A stretch of DNA of 29,341 nt from contig JASFEA010000020.1 of NCBI GenBank assembly GCA_050125095.1, positions 1 to 29,341 of the forward strand, read 5' to 3'. Of this stretch, positions 9,539-16,817 are shown piece after piece. The position numbers were made by a program, and so were the translations under genes. Origin of the DNA: a bacterium. Its GTDB lineage: Bacteria > Arandabacterota > Arandabacteria > Arandabacterales > JALGWA01. Position 1 is the stretch's first letter; the number at the start of each line of letters is the position of its first letter. The notes under the pieces were generated by a model. It was not told the origin of the DNA. It worked only from the letters and a program-made list of their open reading frames with translations, and did not search any database.

Positions 9539-10006
9539 ATGAAAACAGGCCACGGCGAAATCGATTCCAGGATGCGTGACTTCAGGCGGGCTTTCGGGCG
9601 CTCGGGGGCCAGGGTGACCCAGCAGCGGATCGAGATCTTCAAAGAGGTGGCCCGTACCGAAGAGCACCCGGACGCCGTGACTGTGCACAAGCGGGTGCGG
9701 AAGCGCCTGCCCACGATTTCACTGGACACCGTCTACCGCACCCTGTGGATGCTGATGGACATGGGGCTGATAAGCACTCTCGGAGTTTACCGCGAACGAG
9801 TACGATTCGATGGAAACACCGACGCCCACCACCATTTCATCTGCACGAGGTGCGGCATGGCAAGAGATCTATACAGCGGTGATCTTAGCAAATTGCGGGC
9901 TACAGAGGAGGTGAAGCGCCTGGGCAGCGTGGATACATCCCACGTGGAGTTCAGGGGAGTATGCTCTGAGTGCCTGAAGGCCGGGCGCCGAAAGGGCGGG
10001 AAATAG
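9539..10006 (+). CDS. perR: Fur-family transcriptional regulator, PerR-like
   Basis: TQQRIEI, HPDA, ISLDTVYRTL, RFDGN, HHHFICTRCG and CSEC zinc site; directly upstream of catalase. Confidence 0.85.
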   Translation: MKTGHGEIDSRMRDFRRAFGRSGARVTQQRIEIFKEVARTEEHPDAVTVHKRVRKRLPTISLDTVYRTLWMLMDMGLISTLGVYRERVRFDGNTDAHHHFICTRCGMARDLYSGDLSKLRATEEVKRLGSVDTSHVEFRGVCSECLKAGRRKGGK

Positions 10007-10043
10007 CGTGTTCACAACATCTCAAGTGTAAGGAGGTGCCGAG

Positions 10044-11585
10044 ATGGCGGAGAAGAAGAAAAAGAAGGAACCGACAAAGAAGAAGGGGAAGAAACTCACA
10101 ACCGCATTCGGAATCCCGGTTGGCGACGACCAGAACAGCCTCACGGCGGGCGAGCGCGGGCCGGTGCTGATGCAGGACGCCCACCTGCTTGAGAAGCTGG
10201 GCCACTTCGATCGTGAGCGCATACCCGAGCGCGTAGTCCATGCCAAGGGCGCGGGTGCGCACGGCTACTTCGAAGTCACGGCGGACGTCACCAAGTACAC
10301 CAAGGCCGCATTCCTGTCCAAAGTCGGAAAGCGCACCGAGGTATTCGCGCGCTTTTCAACCGTCGGCGGGGAGCGCGGTTCTGCCGACGCGGCGCGCGAC
10401 CCCCGGGGTTTTGCGGTGAAATTCTACACCGAAGAGGGCAATTACGACTTCGTGGGCAATAACACCCCCGTGTTCTTCATCCGGGACCCCCTCAAGTTTC
10501 CGGACTTCATACACACCCAGAAGCGGAATCCCGCTACAAACCTGCCGGATCCGGATATGTTCTGGGACTTCCTTTCTCTTACGCCGGAGTCCATCCATCA
10601 GGTCACGATCCTCTTCTCCGACAGGGGGACGCCGGCCACTTACCGCAACATGAACGGCTACAGCAGCCACACCTACAAGTGGTACAATAAGAAGGGCGAG
10701 TATTGCTGGGTGCAGTATCATTTCAAGACCGACCAGGGCATAAAGAACCTGACCCGGCAGGAATCCAAACGGCTCTGCGGCGAAGACCCGGACCATGCAA
10801 CCCGGGACCTTTATCAGGCGATAGAAAGGGGCGAGTACCCGTCATGGACCCTCGAGATGCAGATCCTGACTCCGGAGATGGCCAAGGACTTCGGATGGGA
10901 CATCTTCGACATTACCAAGGTATGGCCACACGGAGAGGTCCCTCCCATCAAGATCGGCAAGCTGGTCTTAAACCGCAATCCCGAGAACTACTTCGCCGAG
11001 GTGGAGCAGGCGGCCTTCTGCCCCGGCAACGTGGTGCCCGGCATAGCCGTTTCACCCGACAAGATGCTGCAGGCGAGGGTGTTTTCATATCATGACACCC
11101 ATCTGCACAGGCTGGGACCCAACTATCACCTCATTCCCGTAAATGCGCCGAGAAATGCGCCCGAGACCAGCTACCAGCGCGACGGTCTCATGCGCGTCGA
11201 CGGCAACGCGGGCGGCGGGCCCAATTACTGGCCTAACAGCATGGGAGGTCCCGAGCCGGATCCGGCGGTGGGCGAGCCCGAGTTCGATCTCGAAGGCAAG
11301 GCGGGCCGGTACCCGTTCACGTTTCCCAATGACGACTTCGTTCAGCCCGGCAACCTGTACCGCAAGGTCATGACGGATGAGGCCCGCGAACACCTGGTGG
11401 GCAACATAGTGGATCACCTGGGAAGGGCGCAGAAGCGCATTCAACTACGCCAGACGGCGCTGTTCTACAAGGCCGACAAGGACTACGGTACGGGCGTGGC
11501 CAAGGGGCTGGGTCTTGACGTCAAGGAGGTGAAGCGCCTGGCGGACATGTCGCAGGAGGCCCGGGCCAAAGCGACCGCCAGGTGA
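10044..11585 (+). CDS. katA: Monofunctional heme catalase (small subunit)
   Basis: [17 protein letters not shown] active-site signature, [21 protein letters not shown] proximal Tyr motif; RBS AAGGAGGT. Confidence 0.97.
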   Translation: MAEKKKKKEPTKKKGKKLTTAFGIPVGDDQNSLTAGERGPVLMQDAHLLEKLGHFDRERIPERVVHAKGAGAHGYFEVTADVTKYTKAAFLSKVGKRTEVFARFSTVGGERGSADAARDPRGFAVKFYTEEGNYDFVGNNTPVFFIRDPLKFPDFIHTQKRNPATNLPDPDMFWDFLSLTPESIHQVTILFSDRGTPATYRNMNGYSSHTYKWYNKKGEYCWVQYHFKTDQGIKNLTRQESKRLCGEDPDHATRDLYQAIERGEYPSWTLEMQILTPEMAKDFGWDIFDITKVWPHGEVPPIKIGKLVLNRNPENYFAEVEQAAFCPGNVVPGIAVSPDKMLQARVFSYHDTHLHRLGPNYHLIPVNAPRNAPETSYQRDGLMRVDGNAGGGPNYWPNSMGGPEPDPAVGEPEFDLEGKAGRYPFTFPNDDFVQPGNLYRKVMTDEAREHLVGNIVDHLGRAQKRIQLRQTALFYKADKDYGTGVAKGLGLDVKEVKRLADMSQEARAKATAR

Positions 11586-11655
11586 GTCTCTACCGGACGG
11601 GTCGCCGCCGGATGACTCCCCAGCGGACGAGCCTCTGCCAGACGAGTCCCCGCGG
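11581..11655. repeat. Degenerate 15-bp tandem repeat, 5 copies
   Basis: GGTGAGTCTCTACCG / GACGGGTCGCCGCCG / GATGACTCCCCAGCG / GACGAGCCTCTGCCA / GACGAGTCCCCGCGG. Confidence 0.7.
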
Positions 11656-11688
11656 CGGATTACGTGAGGCCGCGAGAGAATAAACGGA

Positions 11689-11716
11689 AGGGGAAGCTCC
11701 TTACGGGGCTTCCCCT
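11689..11716. terminator. Hairpin, likely terminator between convergent katA and prxU
   Basis: AGGGGAAGCTCC-TTAC-GGGGCTTCCCCT, 12-bp stem with one wobble; U-tract is weak. Confidence 0.65.
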
Positions 11717-11757
11717 CCTTAAAGAGGCAGATTACCCTCTGCCGATTGCACGGAATG

Positions 11758-12459
11758 CTAAGGCTTCCAGACCTCCCACACTCTTCCAACCAGGTCGGGT
11801 CCCGGGGTAAGCGTTTTGTCTCCGGGCCCCCAGCCCGACGGCGTTACCTCACCGGTTGCCGCAACGTGCTGGAATGCCTTGACCTGGCGCGTGAGCTCGG
11901 CGGGATTGCGCCCCACTTCGGGCGTCAGGACTTCCATGGCCCGAATAATGAAGTCGGGGTCGATTATGAAACGTCCGCGAATGTCGACACCCGCCGCCTC
12001 GTCATAGACCCCGTATGCGGCGCCTATATTGCCCCCGGCATCCGAGAGCATGGGGAAGGGGACACCGCCCTCCACCATCTTGGACAGCTCCTGCTCCTGC
12101 CAGATCTTATGGGTGAAGCGGCTGTCGGTGCTCATCGAGAGAACTACAACGCCAATCGACTTGAATTCATCGTAGCTGGCAGCGACCGCTGCCAATTCGG
12201 TAGGTCACACGAATGTGAAGTCGCCGGGATAGAAACACAGGACTATCCACTTGCCCTTGTAGCTTGAGAGCTTGATCGGCTTGAAACCCTCACCCGCGAT
12301 AAAGGCATTGGCCTCGAAATCAGGCGCCTCCGCGCCGACCCTTGCTCGCACCACCTTCACCTCCTCCTTTGGTATTGCCTTGTCCGGCCCCGAAGATCCA
12401 GCGTCGGCCTTGATGACTCCGCGCGCGGCTTTCACGCAACCGTCCTTCATCTTCGCCAT
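11758..12459 (-). CDS. prxU: Selenocysteine-containing peroxiredoxin (AhpC/TSA family), 233 aa; in-frame UGA at 12205-12207
   Basis: ORFs 12205..12465 and 11758..12195 are in one frame; read-through gives [13 protein letters not shown] where AhpC has FYPxDFTFVCPTE; RGRFIIDPD and GRN motifs; SECIS-like hairpin follows; ATG 12459 behind GGGAGGTG. Confidence 0.95.
12177..12194 (-). promoter_or_regulatory. Bacterial SECIS element of prxU
   Basis: After UGA: 10 nt, then stem UGGCAGC / loop GGUC / GCUGCCA; loop at +18 to +21. Confidence 0.85.
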
Positions 12460-12571
12460 AGGCACCTCCCTTCACGAGGCCACATGCCGACCCCCCGGTG
12501 CGGTTCCCTGGTTGCGGCCCTGTCATGGCAAATGGCCTGAAAGGCCATATAATCTCACTCCCTTTCAATAC

Positions 12572-12634
12572 CACAAATTCGACCCCTCAGTCAATGCTCG
12601 CTTTTGGCATCACAAATCAGACCCCTCAGTCAAT
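12572..12634. repeat. 24-bp direct repeat (2 copies, 39-bp period) containing a -35 hexamer facing prxU
   Basis: CACAAATTCGACCCCTCAGTCAAT (12572-12595) and CACAAATCAGACCCCTCAGTCAAT (12611-12634), 22/24 identical; the minus strand reads TTGACT in each. Confidence 0.8.
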
Positions 12635-12743
12635 CGCACGGGCTTGCCTTCCCACACTCGCCGTCCTGACACGACGCTTGCACCCTGATCAGAGCCGCTG
12701 TATCATCGTGCCTGAAGTCAGGGCCGCGGGAGAGTGCAGAGCA

Positions 12744-13478
12744 ATGAGGACAAGACTTAAGCTCAAGCCGATAATCAGCATGGCATGCGTGTCGGCTGTA
12801 GTCGCCCTGCTCGTAATACTCATAGATGCAGCCGTGAGGTCAGATCCGAACGCTCTGAGCCTGATAGAGGCCAATCCCTGGCTATTCGCGCACCTGGTTC
12901 ACATACCCCAGTTCCTCATACCATTCCTGATCATTCTCTATCTGACCAAGGGCAGACCTCAGGAATACGGCTTCAATCTGCGGCAGGATTCACATATCAC
13001 CCACAAGCGCGTGCTGGCCACGGGCTTATTATTTGGTCTCCTGTTTTCATTTAAATACATGCCCCAGATCTTTCGGACGGGAGGCGTAGAGGTCGCCCAG
13101 CCCGTCAATGCCGCCAATATCGTGGGGCGGATGACATTTCAGTGGATCGTCGTAGGCTTAAGCGAAGAGACCATGTTTCGCGGGTTGATTCAGACATACC
13201 TGATGAAGAACCTCGAGGGGGAGGTTCGGATTCTGGGGCATGATTTCCACATAGGGACGGTCATCGGGGCGGTCTTATGGGGCCTGTTCCACTTCCTGAA
13301 CGTTCTCATAATGCCTATCGGGCCCGTCGTATTTCTGGTTGTGCTCACGACGGCCATCGGCCTTATTCTGGGTTATGCATACCAGAGAACGGGAAGCCTG
13401 CTCACCACCATCATCATGCACAATACCATTTTCGGAGTTCCCCTCACCATAGGTTACCTGTTGAACTGGCTTCTGTGA
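12744..13478 (+). CDS. CPBP family intramembrane glutamic endopeptidase (CAAX/Abi)
   Basis: SEETMFRG, WGLFH, and HNTIFG motifs with multiple TM helices; start set at ATG 12744 (uncertain). Confidence 0.88.
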   Translation: MRTRLKLKPIISMACVSAVVALLVILIDAAVRSDPNALSLIEANPWLFAHLVHIPQFLIPFLIILYLTKGRPQEYGFNLRQDSHITHKRVLATGLLFGLLFSFKYMPQIFRTGGVEVAQPVNAANIVGRMTFQWIVVGLSEETMFRGLIQTYLMKNLEGEVRILGHDFHIGTVIGAVLWGLFHFLNVLIMPIGPVVFLVVLTTAIGLILGYAYQRTGSLLTTIIMHNTIFGVPLTIGYLLNWLL

Positions 13479-13632
13479 AAGCATGGCGGCGGCCATGTCC
13501 CGGGACCCATTCCCCGGTTAACACGCCGAACAAAATAATGAGCAGGTACAGAAGCCCCGCGATTCTGGCATAAACCAGGGGCGGTGCCTGTGCTGTCCGG
13601 GTTGTCAAATCGAATCCTCCCTTCAGCCGGGC

Positions 13633-14253
13633 CTATTTCGCTCCCTTTATTACGACAAACGCACCACGCCCGGACCCCTCAAGAATAGTACTCGCCGGCT
13701 CTCCGGGAATGAGTGTCTGCACAACGTCGGCGATCTCGAATCCCGATTCCCGGAGATGCCCAAGCACCTCACTGGTGGAGAAAAAGCGCGCAATATTATA
13801 AAACCTGCTCTTATCTTTTCTGGCGGCATACTGCTTTCCAAGTTCGCTCTCTTTGTCCACGAATCCCACGATGATGCACCCGCCATCCTTCAGCACCCTG
13901 AAGGCTTCTTTGAAGGAAAGGGCGATATCGTCCACAAAACAGATAGTCGTCACAAAGAGTATGAAGTCGAACCTGCCGTCCGGAAATGGCAGGTCCTCCG
14001 CCACATTGAGGTGAACGTCGACACCCTGCTTCCTTGCTTTGCCCGCCATCTTTTCCGAGGGCTCCACCCCGGTCTTTATGCCAAGCGGCACGGCGAATTT
14101 CCCCGAGCCCACGCCGACTTCCATACCCTCGGCGCCGGGCGGGGGCATGAGCCGGCGTACTGCTTCCAGCTCGGCTTCATACAGGTTCGCGTTCTTCTCG
14201 AACCATTCGTCATACGAATCGCTGTACTTTTCAAACGGCTCGATGTTGGGCAT
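13633..14253 (-). CDS. Class I SAM-dependent methyltransferase
   Basis: MEVGVGSG motif I, AEDLPFPDGRFD, EAFRVLKDGG; RBS AGAGG. Confidence 0.92.
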   Translation of the reverse strand: MPNIEPFEKYSDSYDEWFEKNANLYEAELEAVRRLMPPPGAEGMEVGVGSGKFAVPLGIKTGVEPSEKMAGKARKQGVDVHLNVAEDLPFPDGRFDFILFVTTICFVDDIALSFKEAFRVLKDGGCIIVGFVDKESELGKQYAARKDKSRFYNIARFFSTSEVLGHLRESGFEIADVVQTLIPGEPASTILEGSGRGAFVVIKGAK

Positions 14254-14850
14254 ATCAAACCTCTCTTCTGCTCAAGGCGCCGGAGCTTTCCACCGACCAC
14301 GCGGGTCATGCACGCCCGAATTACAGCGACTGCTGCAGATTAGCGCCTGCCGCAATCCCCCCCGGCAGCACCAGGTGCCTAAGCAATACCCACCAGAGCT
14401 TCGGCAGAGGACTGCATCGCCCTTCGATACGGAGAGTACCGAGCAGCCCGTAGGACTCTCTCCGTAAGAAGCCAGTCCGGCCGATTGGCCGGTATTGCGG
14501 CAGAATCCCGATTCAGACAGCGGGAAGGCCGGCAACAACATCGTGACCGGTAAGAGAAGAGACCGAACTCGCAACGCAACGTGCTCCATGGCCCCCCTTT
14601 GCATTGAATATCTAAGTCTACACAGGAAAACGGCCGTTAGGAACCCCAATATACGGCACGGTGGCAATACTGATTGTAATGAACGCCAGGGCGGTTCTGC
14701 TCTCATAAAGAGACCGCGGATTGCTTGTTATGAGACCGGCCGTCACTTAATATAGAGGAGCATAAGCCAGCGGACCTGTTTGCGCTGCTGTCTCCGGTGT
14801 TTGGGCGCGTTGCTCGCGGGTCTGCTCATTGAATCAAGGGAGGCGCGAGA

Positions 14851-16074
14851 ATGCTTTATCGAACCATGGAAAAGACAGGAGACAGACTATCAATTCTCGG
14901 GTTCGGCGCAATGCGTCTCCCCCAGCTGAACGGCAAGATCGACGAGGACAGGGCAACGCGCCAGATCCGCCATGCTATAGACGAGGGCGTCAACTATGTC
15001 GACACGGCATGGCTGTATCACGGGGGAGCGAGCGAGCCTTTCCTGGGGCGCGCCCTCGGGGATGGATACAGGGAGAAAGTCAAACTGGCGACCAAACTCC
15101 CCCACTGGGCGGCGAGAAGCCGGAAGGACATGGACCACTACCTCAACCAGCAGCTCGGGAAGCTCCAGACAAGCCACATCGATTATTACCTCATACACTC
15201 GCTTGACGGTCCGAGCTGGGAGAGATGCAAGGACCTGGGAGTGGCGGACTTTCTCGACAGGGCCAAGCAGGACGGGCGCATCGTCAATGCGGGATTCTCC
15301 TTCCACGGCAACAGGGAGCACTTCAAGGGTATAGTCGATGGGTACGACTGGGACTTCTGCCAGATCCAGTACAACTACCTTGATGAGCACCGGCAGGCCG
15401 GCAGGGAAGGACTCGAGTACGCCGCATCCAGGGGACTGGGAGTTATAGTCATGGAACCCCTTCGGGGCGGCCACCTTGCGGGCGAATTGCCCGCCGAGGT
15501 CGGGTCCATTCTACAGCAAGCCGACGCCAAACGAACGCCTGCCGAATGGGCCTTCAGGTGGGTCTGGAATCATCCCGAGGTCACCCTCGCGCTCTCGGGC
15601 ATGAACGAAGAGAGCCACATCGAGGAAAACCTCAGAATAGCCGGCGAAGCCCATCCGAACTCACTGACGGATGAGGAGCTTAAGCTGACGGAGCGTGCGG
15701 CGCAAACCTACGGCAGACTCATGAAGATAGGCTGTACGGGCTGCCAGTACTGCATGCCCTGCCCGTTCGGTGTCGACATCCCCGGATGCTTCGACAAGTA
15801 CAACCATGTCAATATGTTCGGTGACAAGCGCGTCATGAAGTTTCTATATATGGCGCAGATGGGTGGCGCCATGTCCGGAACGCCGTCCAGGGCGTCCCTC
15901 TGCACAGAATGCAGCAAATGCGTCGAGGCATGCCCGCAGAACCTCAAGATCCCGGAGCTTCTCAAGGACGTGAGCAGAGAATTCGAAGGCTTCTGGTTCA
16001 GGCCCACGGTCTGGTTCCTCAGGCAGGGAGTAGCGCTCCAGAACTGGTGGGCCATGCACAGGCCGGGACGTTAG
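14851..16074 (+). CDS. Aldo/keto reductase with C-terminal 4Fe-4S dicluster domain
   Basis: SILGFGAMRLP, YVDTAWLY, LATKLP, YYLIH, MEPLRGG; CTGCQYCMPCP and CTECSKCVEACP; RBS GGGAGG. Confidence 0.93.
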   Translation: MLYRTMEKTGDRLSILGFGAMRLPQLNGKIDEDRATRQIRHAIDEGVNYVDTAWLYHGGASEPFLGRALGDGYREKVKLATKLPHWAARSRKDMDHYLNQQLGKLQTSHIDYYLIHSLDGPSWERCKDLGVADFLDRAKQDGRIVNAGFSFHGNREHFKGIVDGYDWDFCQIQYNYLDEHRQAGREGLEYAASRGLGVIVMEPLRGGHLAGELPAEVGSILQQADAKRTPAEWAFRWVWNHPEVTLALSGMNEESHIEENLRIAGEAHPNSLTDEELKLTERAAQTYGRLMKIGCTGCQYCMPCPFGVDIPGCFDKYNHVNMFGDKRVMKFLYMAQMGGAMSGTPSRASLCTECSKCVEACPQNLKIPELLKDVSREFEGFWFRPTVWFLRQGVALQNWWAMHRPGR

Positions 16075-16088
16075 CGGGTAAACAGCAA

Positions 16089-16673
16089 ATGCCATTTCCC
16101 TACTACGAAAATCTGAGCGAGGCCAGCAAGAGAATCTACAGGAAGAGCGATGCGATTGAGAGCATTCCTGTTGAGGACCCGGGCAGCATACACCCGGTTA
16201 TTATGAAACTGAAGAGAGCCCTTGAGGATAACGGCCGTCGAGATGTGGCGAAGCACGCCTCTGAAATCTGCCGCGTGGTATGCGAGGGCCTGGGCGCGGA
16301 AACGCTCGTTGTGAGAATCAGATCGCGGCGCCCATCAAGGTCGGCTGAAGAGCTCCAGGGCCTTTATGAGCGGACGGAGGGAGAAGCATGCGTGCTCACG
16401 GTATGGATGAAAACCGCCGCTAGGGGGCAGGTGGTAGCGTTCAAGTCCTTCATAAGGACGGTGCTCCATGAGCTCTGCCATCACCTGGACTATACCTACT
16501 TCAAATTGGCTGACTCCCTGCACACAGAGGGATTCTTCAAAAGAGAGTCTTCTCTCTACAGACAGATAGTCCCCATTGAGCTCCAGAGAAGGGAACCGAG
16601 GCAAAAGAAGTCACCCAGGAAGAAGGTCAGTAAACAAGTAAGTGAAGAGCCGGAGCAATTCAGACTACTTTGA
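16089..16673 (+). CDS. Hypothetical protein with HExxH zinc-metallopeptidase motif (SprT/zincin-like)
   Basis: TVLHELCHHLD plus downstream LHTEGF; start set at ATG 16089, just after the AKR stop. Confidence 0.7.
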   Translation: MPFPYYENLSEASKRIYRKSDAIESIPVEDPGSIHPVIMKLKRALEDNGRRDVAKHASEICRVVCEGLGAETLVVRIRSRRPSRSAEELQGLYERTEGEACVLTVWMKTAARGQVVAFKSFIRTVLHELCHHLDYTYFKLADSLHTEGFFKRESSLYRQIVPIELQRREPRQKKSPRKKVSKQVSEEPEQFRLL

Positions 16674-16817
16674 TGCCGATATTGTCCACGCAGCTCCCCG
16701 AACAGGATTCCAACCTGAAGTGCTACGAATAAAGAAAGGCGCGCCCCCTGCCCCGCCATCGCGAGCCAGTAGCGCGCCTTAAAAATCTCCATATAGCCAG
16801 GTCGTCCCGAAGACGGC

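Noticed and set aside
11583-11615. Sec read-through of the catalase UGA stop
   Set aside because: A GGTC occurs at +15, not +18; the stem is weak; the catalase is already complete; and the extension meets another UGA without any redox motif.
12205-12207. Peroxiredoxin as a nonsense pseudogene or two separate genes
   Set aside because: The stop is UGA precisely at the catalytic Cys position, has a SECIS-like hairpin, and the rest of the gene is intact.
15909-16088. N-terminal extensions given by the ORF track (also 12498-12743, 9355-9423, 27856-27906, 27969-28010)
   Set aside because: They overlap neighbouring genes or promoter regions; downstream starts fit better, most with a clear RBS.
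16736-16780. Inverted repeat AAGGCGCGC...GCGCGCCTT between convergent genes
   Set aside because: The 27-nt loop and lack of a clear U-tract make it at best a weak terminator.
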